Assembly (NCBI GenBank): GCA_035275125.1
Contig: DATENJ010000300.1
Location: forward strand, 1-40,616
DNA: 40,616 nt
Origin: Actinomycetes bacterium
GTDB taxonomy: Bacteria; Actinomycetota; CALGFH01
Reading direction: 5' to 3'
Shown piece after piece: positions 9,088 to 18,048 of the stretch. Every line of letters begins with the position of its first letter. The stretch's first letter is position 1. A program made the translations under genes and the position numbers. The notes beneath the pieces were generated by a model. The model was not told the origin of the DNA. It saw nothing but the letters and a program-made list of their open reading frames with translations, and searched no databases.

Positions 9088-9915
9088 CTACTCGTACAGG
9101 ACGCCATGGCTGCGGAGGAGCTCGGTGATCTGCTCGACCCGGTCAATGAACAGCGGGTGCTTGGCGTCGGTGAGCTTACGCGGCCGCGGGAGGCCGACGG
9201 TCAGGGTCTCCAGGATGCGGCCCGGTCGCGGGGAGAAGACGAAGATCCTGTCCGCCAGGAAGACCGCCTCGCTGATGCTGTGGGTGACGAACACGACGCT
9301 CTTGCGGTCCTCCAGCCACAACGACTGGAGGTCGATGCCCATCTGCTCCCGGGTCAGCGCGTCCAGGGCCGCGAACGGCTCGTCCATGAGCAGGATCGGA
9401 GGGTTGTGGAGCAGCGCCCGGCAGATGGCCACACGCTGCCGCATGCCACCGGACAGCTCGGAGGGGTAGGCGTCCTCGAACCCGTCCAGCTTGGTCGCGC
9501 GGGTGAGCTCCAACGCTCTGGTGCGCGCCGCCGCCCGGTCCATGCCCCGGACCTCGGCCTGCAGCAGGATGTTGCGGAGCGTGGTCCGCCACTCGAGCAG
9601 GGTCGGGTCCTGGAACACCATGCCGAGATCGGTGTAGGCACGGTCGACCACGGTCGTGCCGATCCGGACCGTGCCGGCGCTGGGCGCCAGCAGCCCGGCG
9701 ATGATCAGGAGCAGGGTGCTCTTTCCGCACCCACTCGGCCCTAGGAGGACGACGAACTCGCCGGCCCGGATCTCGAGGTCGAGCTCGTCGAGCGCGGCCA
9801 CGCGCCGGCCCTGGCCCTGGTAGTCGTGGCGGACGCCCTGAATGGTGATCGGCAGGCCGGCGCGCCGGTCCGCAATGGCGGTCTTGATGGCCGACGGCGA
9901 GGCGTCGTCTCCCAT
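9088..9915 (-). CDS. ABC transporter ATP-binding protein (NitT/TauT, nitrate/sulfonate/bicarbonate-type)
   Basis: The track ORF 9088..10626 is over-extended. The ATG at 9915 overlaps the permease stop (ATGA). Walker A GPSGCGKST, signature LSGGMRQRVAI and Walker B LLMDEPF are present. Confidence 0.92.
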   Translation of the reverse strand: MGDDASPSAIKTAIADRRAGLPITIQGVRHDYQGQGRRVAALDELDLEIRAGEFVVLLGPSGCGKSTLLLIIAGLLAPSAGTVRIGTTVVDRAYTDLGMVFQDPTLLEWRTTLRNILLQAEVRGMDRAAARTRALELTRATKLDGFEDAYPSELSGGMRQRVAICRALLHNPPILLMDEPFAALDALTREQMGIDLQSLWLEDRKSVVFVTHSISEAVFLADRIFVFSPRPGRILETLTVGLPRPRKLTDAKHPLFIDRVEQITELLRSHGVLYE

Positions 9916-10733
9916 CAGGTCACGCTCCGCATGTACTTGGCTCCGAGCCGGACAGTCGCCGCCCTGGCGAGAAGGGCTGAGCCAGCGTAGAAGACCACGC
10001 CGAGGGCCGCGACAACCAGGATGGCCGCGAACGCGAGCGCGCTGTCGCGGTTGCCGCTGGCGAGGAGGAGCAGGTTGCCCAGCCCGTTGGCGGAGCCAAC
10101 GAACTCGGCGACCAGGGCGCCGACCACGGCGAGCGTCGCCGACGTGCGGAGGGCGGCGGCCACATATGGCGCCGCCGCCGGGAGCATCACGTACCGCAGC
10201 AACCGGCCGGACCGGCAGCCCATCGACCGGGCGAGATGCATGGTCGACGTGGTGATGCTCTCGACCCCGACGACGGCCGCCAGGGTGAGCGGGAAGAACG
10301 TCACCAGCACGGTCGTGATGAGCTTGGGCATCGCCCCGAAGCCGAGCCAGGCCACGAACAGCGGTGCCAGCGCGACCTTCGGCAGGCTCTGGATGGCCAC
10401 GATCGGTGGCATGAGCAGACGCCGGGCGACGCGCCACCGCGCGATCACGAATCCTGTCGGCACGCCCACGATCAAGCTGATGAGCAGGCCAAGGGCAGCG
10501 ATCTGGGCGGTGGCCACGGCATTGGCGAACAGGTCCGCCCGGCGGTCGACCATCGTGGCGAGGACGGCCCCGGGTGGGGGAATGATGTAGCGGGGGATCT
10601 CGAACAGCTCGACCGCCGCCCACCATGCCACGAAGAGTGCGACCAGCACGCTCGCTGGGAGCAGGACGTCAAGAGCTCGGCGCCGCGACGGCGCCGCGTC
10701 GCCGAGCTGCGAGCGCTCGAAGGGCGGGGACAC
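9915..10733 (-). CDS. ABC transporter permease (NitT/TauT family), second copy
   Basis: The GTG at 10733 (VSPPFERSQ..) lies 5 nt after the upstream permease stop. The product is polytopic and hydrophobic, with the binding-protein-dependent transport signature region LPKVALAPLFVAWLGFG. The track ORF is over-extended to 11165. Confidence 0.85.
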   Translation of the reverse strand: MSPPFERSQLGDAAPSRRRALDVLLPASVLVALFVAWWAAVELFEIPRYIIPPPGAVLATMVDRRADLFANAVATAQIAALGLLISLIVGVPTGFVIARWRVARRLLMPPIVAIQSLPKVALAPLFVAWLGFGAMPKLITTVLVTFFPLTLAAVVGVESITTSTMHLARSMGCRSGRLLRYVMLPAAAPYVAAALRTSATLAVVGALVAEFVGSANGLGNLLLLASGNRDSALAFAAILVVAALGVVFYAGSALLARAATVRLGAKYMRSVT

Positions 10734-10738
10734 CCGGC

Positions 10739-11551
10739 TCAATGGCCGTACCCCCCGCGCCTCGAACCGTGCAGCAGCCAGGCCTCGAGCAGGTCCACCA
10801 ACCGCACCAGCGCCCACGACAGCAGGACGAGGGCGATCAGGCTTGCGTACAGCAGCCCGCCGTCCAGCCGCCTGGACGCGCCCAGGATCTGGTAGCCGAC
10901 GCCGCGGTCGCTGCCGAGGTACTCGGCGAGCACGGCGCCGATGGCGGCGAGGGTGACCCCGAGCCGGATCCCGCTGAGGAACGACGGCAGGGCCGCCCAG
11001 ACCCGGAAGCTCAGCAGGGTCCGGACCGGGCCGGCGCCCATGCTTGCGGCGAGCAGGCGCTGCTGCTCGCTGAAGCGCTCGAGCCCGACCATGGTGGCGA
11101 TCAGCATCGGGAAGAACGAGATCAGCGCGGCCATCACCACCTTGGGCAGCGGCGAGAACCCCCACCAGATGATGAAGATCGGCGCGAGCGCCTCCTTCGG
11201 CGCCGACTGCGCCGCCACCAGTAAGGGGAACACGGCGCGGCGCAGGGGCCGGAACGACATCAGTGCCACCGCCCAGACGAGCGCCCCCACGATGCCCAGG
11301 CCAAGCCCGAGAGCGATCTCGGACGTCGTGACGGCAACGTTGGACAGGAACAGCTGCGGGCTCGCGGTGAACGCCTCAAGCACCGTGTGTGGCTGCGGCA
11401 ACAGGTACTCGGGGATCTCCGGCCAGATGACCAGGGTGAGCTGCCAGAGCCCGATCAGCCCGGCGGCGACCGCCGCCGCGGTGAGCAACCGGCGCCCCGC
11501 ACCGAGCGCGGCCCCTGCCATCTTCCCGCGTGGCGCCCGCCACAGCTGCAT
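10739..11551 (-). CDS. ABC transporter permease (NitT/TauT family), first copy
   Basis: A polytopic protein with APKEALAPIFIIWWGFS, paralogous to the downstream permease. The start is either ATG 11551 or the internal ATG (MAGAALG..). Confidence 0.85.
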   Translation of the reverse strand: MQLWRAPRGKMAGAALGAGRRLLTAAAVAAGLIGLWQLTLVIWPEIPEYLLPQPHTVLEAFTASPQLFLSNVAVTTSEIALGLGLGIVGALVWAVALMSFRPLRRAVFPLLVAAQSAPKEALAPIFIIWWGFSPLPKVVMAALISFFPMLIATMVGLERFSEQQRLLAASMGAGPVRTLLSFRVWAALPSFLSGIRLGVTLAAIGAVLAEYLGSDRGVGYQILGASRRLDGGLLYASLIALVLLSWALVRLVDLLEAWLLHGSRRGGYGH

Positions 11552-11560
11552 GGGAACCGC

Positions 11561-12580
11561 TCAGCCGGCCTGGACGAACTGGTTGGTGTAGTAGTCCGCG
11601 GGCGCCTTTGGCTGGCTCAGCCCAGCGTACTTCTGCAGGGTCGTGAGCGTGTCGCTCCAGTCCTGTTCGTCCATCACGCCGACAGGCTTGTCCTTGGTTC
11701 GCTCGGTGTGCAGGTTGTTGATCACCTGCTCGAGGGCGATCTTGGCTTCCTCGGGCTTGACGGACTGCGGGAAGCGGTCGGCGAGCTGCTTCACGGCCTC
11801 GTCGGGCTGCTCCTGGCAGAACTGGAATCCACGCTGCACCGCCCGCGCAAACGAGCGGATCGTGTCGGGCTGGTCGGTGATCATCTTGTTGGAGGTGATG
11901 AGCCCGTTGCTCAGGGTCACCACGCCGTAGTCGGCATAGTGCTGGACGTTCAAGCCGCCCTCGGCCTGAGACTGCGCGATCGGCACGTCCGAGCTGGAGT
12001 AGCCGACGATCGCGTCGACCCGCTTCTGCAGCAGCGCGGTGATCTTGGCCGCCGGGTCGATGTTGACGATCTTGACGGACTTGGGGTCGACGTTGTTGGC
12101 GTTCAGGTAGGCGGGCAGGAGCTGCAGCGGCGCCTCACCCGAGGTCGCGCCGACCGACTTGCCGGCCAGGTCCTGCGGCTTGGTGATGGCCTTCTCCTTG
12201 AGGGAGATGATGACGCTCGGGTTGCGCTGGAAGATGCCCATCACCATCTTGATCGACGCGCCGTCGTTGATCGTCTTGGCGACCACGCCGGCGTCGGAGA
12301 GCCCGAAGTCGTTGGACCCGTTGGCCACCAGGTTGGCGGCCGTCCCCGAGCCCGATCCTTCGAGGATCTGCACGTCAAGGCCCTCTTCACGGAAGTAGTC
12401 GTTGCCAAGCGCCGAGAAGAAGCAGGTGTGGGACCCATCGGCGATCCAGTCGAGCCGCAGGGTCACCTTCTTGAGGCCCCCACCGCCCTCCGAGCCGCTC
12501 TCCTGGTTGTCCGACCCCCCGCAGCCGGCCGCGACCACGGCCAGTGCCAGGGCGAGCACGAGCAAACGGACCCGCGTCAT
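11561..12580 (-). CDS. ABC transporter substrate-binding lipoprotein (NMT1/THI5-like, NitT/TauT family)
   Basis: The signal peptide has a lipobox (MTRVRLLVLALALAVVAAGCGG). The 339-aa periplasmic-binding-protein-like sequence is the first gene of the four-gene transporter operon. A GAGGTGGGG SD region lies upstream. Confidence 0.85.
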   Translation of the reverse strand: MTRVRLLVLALALAVVAAGCGGSDNQESGSEGGGGLKKVTLRLDWIADGSHTCFFSALGNDYFREEGLDVQILEGSGSGTAANLVANGSNDFGLSDAGVVAKTINDGASIKMVMGIFQRNPSVIISLKEKAITKPQDLAGKSVGATSGEAPLQLLPAYLNANNVDPKSVKIVNIDPAAKITALLQKRVDAIVGYSSSDVPIAQSQAEGGLNVQHYADYGVVTLSNGLITSNKMITDQPDTIRSFARAVQRGFQFCQEQPDEAVKQLADRFPQSVKPEEAKIALEQVINNLHTERTKDKPVGVMDEQDWSDTLTTLQKYAGLSQPKAPADYYTNQFVQAG

Positions 12581-12660
12581 ACGTCCCCACCTCTCTCGGT
12601 GGCCCGGACGGGGCAGAAGCTGCCGCCCGACTAGACAGCATCTCGGTCAACGGGGGCGAT

Positions 12661-12688
12661 CGTGATAGAGACCTACCAAAGTATCACG
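12661..12688. promoter_or_regulatory. perfect 7-bp inverted repeat CGTGATA-N14-TATCACG (operator or 5' RNA hairpin)
   Basis: Read directly from the sequence. It sits at about +1 to +27 of the predicted transporter transcript. Confidence 0.4.
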
Positions 12689-12696
12689 ACGTTAAG
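12678..12696 (-). promoter_or_regulatory. conserved 19-mer CTTAACGTCGTGATACTTT (copy A), ends in an extended -10-like TGnTACTTT
   Basis: 17/19 identical to copy B at 18049..18067, including an exact 12-mer CTTAACGTCGTG. Confidence 0.35.
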
Positions 12697-12722
12697 CTAT
12701 CCGAGGGGGGTAGGGCTGTCAA
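12694..12722 (-). promoter_or_regulatory. sigma-70-like promoter TTGACA-N17-TAGCTT for the ABC transporter operon
   Basis: The minus strand reads TTGACAgccctacccccctcggaTAGCTT. It begins 15 nt after the amidohydrolase stop. The predicted TSS near 12687 gives a leader of about 105 nt. Confidence 0.45.
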
Positions 12723-12737
12723 CGGCGCCTGCGAGCG

Positions 12738-14306
12738 TCAACGGCCGCCCCGTGCCCTCGGTCCCCACAGCACGGGGTTCTGAGCCGTTTCCACCGCGCA
12801 GGCCCGCCGGTAGGCCTCCTCGAGGTACGGCTGGTATCTGGCGGAGGCGCGAACCGCCTCCGCCACCGCCGGGGCGATGTCCCGGTAGGCCTCTGCGAAG
12901 GCCTCCAGGATTCCGTCGCGGTCGATCATTGTCACTCGGCCGTCCTCGACGACGATCTGTCCGTCGACGATGACCATGTCGACCGACCCCCCGGTGTCGG
13001 CGTAGACGAGCTGTCGGAGCGGACGGTGGAAGGGCAGGTAGGCGAGGCGATCCCGGTCCACAAGGGTGAGGTCGGCCCGCTTGCCACCTTCGATGCTGCC
13101 CAGCTCGTTCTCGCGGCCCACGGCGTAGGCGCCGCCCATGGTGGCGACCCGCAGGGCGTCCTCGGCGGTCGGCCAGCGATGGAAGTCGTCGTCCCAGAGC
13201 CGCTGGACAATGCAGAGCAGCTTCATGCCTTCGAAGAGGTTGGCGGAGTCGTTCGCGGTCGGGCCGTCGGTTCCGAGGGCGACGTGGGCGCCGCGCTCGA
13301 GCAACCGCAGCACCGGCGCGACGCCGTTGCCGAGCTTGAGGTTGCTGACCGGGTTGGAGATCACCGAGCAGCCGGTCTCGGCGACGATCTCGATGTCCTC
13401 GTCGGTGAGCCAGACCGCGTGGACAAGGCCGAACGCGCGGTCCAGGACCCCGAGGTCGCGAAGGTGCGCGACGGCGCTCCGGCCGTAGTTGCGCTCGTCA
13501 AGGACAACCTCGGCCTTGCTCTCCTGAATGTGCGAGACGATCGGGATCGCGTACTCACGCGCCAGGCGCCAGCATTCCGTGAGCAGCTCGTCGCTGCACC
13601 GGGTCGACCCGTTGGGGGCCACGGCGAGCCGCACGCGGGCCTCCGGCGGGCCAGCCATCTCGCGCAGGACGTCGTCCAGGAACGACGTGAGCTCCCTGGT
13701 CGAGGGGAAGGGACGCTCGTCGAGCTCGTCACGAAGCTCCTGCGGCAGCAGCTCGGCGAGCCAGGGGATGGTCCTGTACATCATCCGGTCGAGCACGTTG
13801 CAGGTGATCCAGGCGCGCATGCCAACGCTCCGGTAGCAGTCGAGCGCCGCTGCGACGCTCTCCCGGTAGGCGCCCAGTGCCACCTCGGGACGCCGATCGA
13901 CCGGCGAGGCCATGTGCACGGTGTCGTCGAGCGCCGTGGTCGTGCCCGACTCGAGCATCTCGATCGCGCTGGTCATGTGCCGCAGGTAGAGCTGCTCGCT
14001 GGAGAGCCGCAGGCTGGAGGCGTAGGGGTGGGCGTACAGCAGGAAGGGCTCCAGCGAGAGGTTGTCGATGGCACCCTTCCAGTAGTCGGCGGTCGAGTGC
14101 AGGTGACAGTTGATCAGCCCCGGGATGACGATGCGGCGGCTCGCGTCGACCGTGCGGTCCGGCTCGGGGTGGGCGTGCTCCTCCGGCACCGGCCCATCGC
14201 CCACCCACAGGATCCGCTCGTCCTGGACCAGCACCGAGCCCCGCTCGTGGATCCGGCCGTCCGGGTCCATCGTGATGACGTGCCCGCCCTTGATGAGCAG
14301 TCGCAT
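12738..14306 (-). CDS. metal-dependent amidohydrolase (cytosine/guanine/chlorohydrolase-type deaminase superfamily)
   Basis: MRLLIKGGHVITMD..., the HxH metal motif in PGLINCHLHS, and later ...HAVWLTDEDI and GTDGPTANDS. At 522 aa it is longer than typical members. A GGGAAGGAG SD lies upstream. Confidence 0.85.
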   Translation of the reverse strand: MRLLIKGGHVITMDPDGRIHERGSVLVQDERILWVGDGPVPEEHAHPEPDRTVDASRRIVIPGLINCHLHSTADYWKGAIDNLSLEPFLLYAHPYASSLRLSSEQLYLRHMTSAIEMLESGTTTALDDTVHMASPVDRRPEVALGAYRESVAAALDCYRSVGMRAWITCNVLDRMMYRTIPWLAELLPQELRDELDERPFPSTRELTSFLDDVLREMAGPPEARVRLAVAPNGSTRCSDELLTECWRLAREYAIPIVSHIQESKAEVVLDERNYGRSAVAHLRDLGVLDRAFGLVHAVWLTDEDIEIVAETGCSVISNPVSNLKLGNGVAPVLRLLERGAHVALGTDGPTANDSANLFEGMKLLCIVQRLWDDDFHRWPTAEDALRVATMGGAYAVGRENELGSIEGGKRADLTLVDRDRLAYLPFHRPLRQLVYADTGGSVDMVIVDGQIVVEDGRVTMIDRDGILEAFAEAYRDIAPAVAEAVRASARYQPYLEEAYRRACAVETAQNPVLWGPRARGGR

Positions 14307-14415
14307 CCTGCGCTCCTTCCCTGCCGCGCTGTCTCCCGCTCCCGCGCCGCTGGAAGTAGTTCTCTATCGAGTATCTTCCCGAAGGACGAGTCCGATGTCC
14401 CGTCCGCGTAGGTCG

Positions 14416-15018
14416 CTACGCCTCGGCTCCGATTGTCTCTTCCTCGTACGGCTGGCCGCTGAGCGTGACCAGGAGCTTGGAGAGCAGCTCCACCAGAGTC
14501 TCCCGTTCCCCTGAGGTGAGCGAGGACAACAGCTGGGCCTCGTTGGCGAGGTGTGCCTCGACCGCCTCGTCGATCAGCCGGTGGCCGCGGGCGGTCAGGC
14601 CCACAAGCACGCCCCGGCGGTCGTGGGGGTCGGGCATGCGGACCACGAGCCCAACTTCCTCGAGCCGGTCGATGCGGTTGGTGATCGCGCTGGAGGAGAT
14701 GAGGAACGACCGGTACAGCTCCGTGGGAGACAGCCGGTACGGTGGACCGGACCTGCGCAGGGCCGCCAGCACGTCGAACCCGCCGCGCGCCAGCCCGTAC
14801 ACCGCGAAGATCTCCTCGACGTGACGTTCCAGCACCCTGGCAACCCGCGAGACACGGGCGATGACCTCCATGGGCGCCAGGTCGAGATCGGGCCGCTCGC
14901 GACGCCACTGATCAATGATCCGGCCGACGGGGTCAGCTGGCTTGTCGGGCGGTCGTCGGGCGGTTGTCGGGCCGTTAGCGGGCTCGTTGACCAATCTCTC
15001 GATCCCTTGTAGCTTCAT
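14416..15018 (-). CDS. MarR-family transcriptional regulator (MarR1)
   Basis: The wHTH core is FDVLAALRRSGPPYRLSPTELYRSFLISSSAITNRIDRLEEVGLVVRMPDPHDRRGVLVGLTARG. It is a clear paralog of the product of 22545..23156 and is divergent from 15105..16157. Confidence 0.92.
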   Translation of the reverse strand: MKLQGIERLVNEPANGPTTARRPPDKPADPVGRIIDQWRRERPDLDLAPMEVIARVSRVARVLERHVEEIFAVYGLARGGFDVLAALRRSGPPYRLSPTELYRSFLISSSAITNRIDRLEEVGLVVRMPDPHDRRGVLVGLTARGHRLIDEAVEAHLANEAQLLSSLTSGERETLVELLSKLLVTLSGQPYEEETIGAEA

Positions 15019-15023
15019 GTCGA

Positions 15024-15040
15024 ATTATCTCGCCCGGATA
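15024..15040. promoter_or_regulatory. MarR1 / deiminase-fold gene divergent control region: GATAAT -10-like box 5 nt before the MarR1 ATG, overlapping TATC-N7-GATA
   Basis: The minus strand reads GAGATAATTCGAC-ATG. The plus strand reads TTATCtcgcccgGATAG. Confidence 0.3.
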
Positions 15041-15104
15041 GGGTACCTCATGGTCGGTAGCGGGCGCCCATCGGAGCGGGCTGCCGGACCGGAGAGGGGG
15101 AACG

Positions 15105-16157
15105 ATGAGCTTCCGAGCCGTCGACGACTTCGACATCACGACCTCCCCGGACTATGCCGGGGACCGCCCGCCGGATGTCTACAAGCTCCACCAGTACTCA
15201 TACCTCGACGAGTATGAGCGGATCTGGGGACGCCCGTGGGGCACGCCCGGCATCGGGACGCTGCGCGAGGTCGGGCTGGTCCGCCCCTCGGACTACGAGG
15301 GCCACCGCCTGTGGATGCAGGACCCCAGGTTCTTCCTGCTCCGCTACCGCGATCAGATCGACGTGGAGACGCTGATCCAGAACCACAAGCAGTACGCCGA
15401 GCTGCTCGAGCAGCACGGGGTCAAGATCCACTGGATGGAGTTCGAGGACAACTGGGGGGCCTGGGGCCCCATGCGCAAGTTGTTCGTGTGCGAGGAGGTC
15501 CGCGTGGTGCGCGGCGGCGCGATCCTGCCGCGCTTCGGTCACGGCTCGTACAAGCGAGGGCTCGAGCGGGAGTTCCAGAAGTTCCTCACCAAGATCGGCT
15601 GCCCGGTCCTGTACACGGTGCACGGCGATGGGATCTGCGAGGTCGGCCCGATGTTCGTCGCCCTGGCCGAGGACGTCTTCGTCGCGGGGCTGTCGTGCGC
15701 CTCCAACCGCGAGGGCATCGAGCAGGTGCTGCCCGTCATGTACCGCTCGGGGGTCAAGGAAGTGCACCTCATGGAGCTCCCGACGATCGTGGACACCTTC
15801 GAGTCAGGCGGCGAGTTCCACGTCGACATGGTGATCTCGCCCGTGGACCTGCGCAAAGCGATCATCTACCCCGACAACCTGCCTTGGCAGACCTATGTCT
15901 GGCTGCGGGACAGGGGCTTCGAGCTCATCGAGATCCCGCACGATGAGCAGCGCTACTGCCCGGCGAACCTGATCCTGCTCGAACCCGGCAAGGTCATCAT
16001 GGCCAAGCAGGCGCAGAAGACCATCGCCAAGGTCCGCGCGGCGGGCGTTGAGGTCATCGAGTTCGACTCCGGCGGCATCATGCAGGGCGGGGTCAACGGG
16101 CTGAAATGCATCACCATGGAGCTGCTGCGCGACCCCGGTCCGGGTCTCGACGACTGA
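15105..16157 (+). CDS. arginine deiminase / amidinotransferase-fold (guanidino-group-modifying enzyme superfamily) protein
   Basis: The C-terminal GGVNGLKCITMELLRD resembles the GG..C.T nucleophile motif of arginine deiminase/DDAH. An upstream FHVDMVISPVD resembles the H-x-D segment. A GGAGAGGGGG SD is present. The substrate is unknown. Confidence 0.7.
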   Translation: MSFRAVDDFDITTSPDYAGDRPPDVYKLHQYSYLDEYERIWGRPWGTPGIGTLREVGLVRPSDYEGHRLWMQDPRFFLLRYRDQIDVETLIQNHKQYAELLEQHGVKIHWMEFEDNWGAWGPMRKLFVCEEVRVVRGGAILPRFGHGSYKRGLEREFQKFLTKIGCPVLYTVHGDGICEVGPMFVALAEDVFVAGLSCASNREGIEQVLPVMYRSGVKEVHLMELPTIVDTFESGGEFHVDMVISPVDLRKAIIYPDNLPWQTYVWLRDRGFELIEIPHDEQRYCPANLILLEPGKVIMAKQAQKTIAKVRAAGVEVIEFDSGGIMQGGVNGLKCITMELLRDPGPGLDD

Positions 16158-16197
16158 CGCCTCGACGACGGAGGGGCGCCGACGAGGAGGAGAGCTC

Positions 16198-16914
16198 ATG
16201 TCGCCGGTCCTGGACATCATGCGCCGTCACCCCGTACCGGGGACGATCGTCCGCGAGTGGGTCATTCCGGCCAGGGAGTACGCGGCCTTCACCCTTGCCA
16301 GAGGCGACTGTCTTCGATTCGTGGACATCGAGGGCCAGCAGGTTCCCGACCTGGTCTGCTTCAACTCAGCCGACCTGACCGAGGAGCTCAACCTCGGCAA
16401 CAGCCTGCTCTTGAACCGGCGGCGCGAGCTGGTAGCTGGCGACCGGCTGTACTCGGTTGTCTGCAACCCGATGATGACGATCACCGACTACTCCAACGCG
16501 GTGAGCTACGCCTATGGCCCGATGTGCAGCGAGGAGCTCAACCGCATCCGGTACGGGGTTCCCAACACCCGGAACTGCCGCGACAACTTCGCCATGTCGC
16601 TCGCCGACTGGGGCATCGACCGCCGTCGCATCCCCAACGCCTTCGTCCCCTTCATGAATGTCCAGACAACAGACGAAGGCGTCCTCGAGATCCGGCCGCC
16701 AACGAGCGAGCCCGGCGACTACTACGACATGCTGGCCGAGATGGACCTCCTGGTGTCGGTGTCCAACTGCCCACAGGAGCGCAATCCCTGCAACGGGTTC
16801 AACCCAACGCCGATGGGCATGATCATCTACCGGCCGTCGCAGCTCGACGTCCAAGGCCGGGACGCGAGCTCAGCTGAGGGAAAACCCGGCGAGGCGGCGG
16901 GCGCCCTCAACTAG
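16198..16914 (+). CDS. DUF1989 (urea-carboxylase-associated / CgdA-CgdB-like) family protein
   Basis: A GAGGAGGAG SD is present. CLRFVDIEGQQVPDLVCFN, TITDYSN, the Cys-rich middle section and PGDYYDMLAEMDLLVSVSNCPQE match my recollection of DUF1989 proteins. There is a single copy and no carboxylase nearby. Confidence 0.75.
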   Translation: MSPVLDIMRRHPVPGTIVREWVIPAREYAAFTLARGDCLRFVDIEGQQVPDLVCFNSADLTEELNLGNSLLLNRRRELVAGDRLYSVVCNPMMTITDYSNAVSYAYGPMCSEELNRIRYGVPNTRNCRDNFAMSLADWGIDRRRIPNAFVPFMNVQTTDEGVLEIRPPTSEPGDYYDMLAEMDLLVSVSNCPQERNPCNGFNPTPMGMIIYRPSQLDVQGRDASSAEGKPGEAAGALN

Positions 16915-18012
16915 GGCATCGGTGTCGGCGGCCAGTGAGAGGCGGACCCAGCCTTCGCCGGCGGGTCCGAACGCGGTGCCCGGGGCGACGGCGACGCGTT
17001 GGCGCCTGAGCAGTTCGAGGGCGAACTGGCGGGCGCTGGGCGCCCGGTCGGCGATCCTCACCCAGGCGTAGAAGGCACCCGCCGGCCGATGGCACGGCAC
17101 GCCCAGCCGGTCCAGCAGGGCGACCAGGGTGTCGCGCCGCTCCCGGTAGGCGTCGCGCATCCGCGCCACCTGCTCCTGCGGCCCGTCGAGCGCGGCCAGC
17201 GCGGCCAGCTGGGCCGGCGCGTTGACGCATGACAGCAGCGCCTGCTGCAGCCGGGCCAGCGGGGATGGCGGCCCGGCCGGGGCGACGAGATAGCCCACCC
17301 GCCAGCCGGTCATGGCGAAGGTCTTGGAGAAGCTGTAGCAGGAGATGACCCGATCCGCGTGGCCGAGGGCGGCCGGGCTGGCGAAGGTACCGTCGAAGGT
17401 GATGGCGTCGTAGCACTCATCGGAGATGACCCAGAGATCGTGCTCGGCGGCGAGGTCGAGGAGGTCGCGGAGGAGGTCGGCAGGAATGATCGTGCCCAGC
17501 GGGTTGGACGGCGAGTTCAGCACGATCGCCCTGGTACGCGGGCCGACGAGCCGTTCCAGGTCGTCGGAGGCGGGCAGGAAGCCCAGCTCGGGCCGGAGAG
17601 GGTACAGCCGCTCGACCGCGTGGACCAGCCCCGCCATCATCCGGAAGTTCGGCCAGCCCGGGTCGGGCAGCAGGACCTCGTCGCCCGGCTCCAGCACGCC
17701 GAGCATCGCCAGGTGGATCGCCTCGATCCCGCCCGCGGTGACGACCACCTGGTCGGGTTCGGCGTGGTAGCCGTTCAGCCGACGGACCTTCGCCGCGACC
17801 GCCTCCCGGAGGGCCGGCACCCCGGCGCTCTGGACGTACCGGGTCCAGCCGTCCCGGGCGGCCTGGTGGGCCGCCTCGACGACGTGGGGTGGCGTGGCGA
17901 AGCTGGGCTCCCCGACCTCCAGGTGGATCACGTCCCCGGCCGCCCAGGCCAGCTCCATCAGCTCCCGGATGCCGGACGGCGGCAGCGACACCGCCGCTTG
18001 CGCGAACCGCAT
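16870..18012 (-). CDS. class I/II pyridoxal-phosphate-dependent aminotransferase (aspartate/aromatic type)
   Basis: SFSKTFAMTGWRVGY contains the PLP lysine. NSPSNPLG is present. The length is 380 aa and an AAGGGAG SD lies upstream. Its 3' end overlaps the DUF1989 3' end by 45 nt. Confidence 0.9.
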   Translation of the reverse strand: MRFAQAAVSLPPSGIRELMELAWAAGDVIHLEVGEPSFATPPHVVEAAHQAARDGWTRYVQSAGVPALREAVAAKVRRLNGYHAEPDQVVVTAGGIEAIHLAMLGVLEPGDEVLLPDPGWPNFRMMAGLVHAVERLYPLRPELGFLPASDDLERLVGPRTRAIVLNSPSNPLGTIIPADLLRDLLDLAAEHDLWVISDECYDAITFDGTFASPAALGHADRVISCYSFSKTFAMTGWRVGYLVAPAGPPSPLARLQQALLSCVNAPAQLAALAALDGPQEQVARMRDAYRERRDTLVALLDRLGVPCHRPAGAFYAWVRIADRAPSARQFALELLRRQRVAVAPGTAFGPAGEGWVRLSLAADTDALVEGARRLAGFSLS

Positions 18013-18048
18013 CCATCGCTCCCTTGCACCGGCGGAATCCCAGGTGGG

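Noticed and set aside
12581-12660. Possible guanidine-I (ykkC) riboswitch upstream of the NitT/TauT transporter. The minus strand has CUAGUCGGGCGG, GUCCGGG and CCGAGAGAGG, reminiscent of CUAGGGUUCCGG and GGUCCGAGAG.
   Set aside because: The resemblance is patchy. The conserved 3' domain (ACGG..GGGA.AAA..CCCGGGAG) is absent, and only about 60 nt are available against the 100 nt or more that is needed. No ACGR-loop hairpin pair for guanidine-II is present either. I kept it only as an unclassified structured leader.
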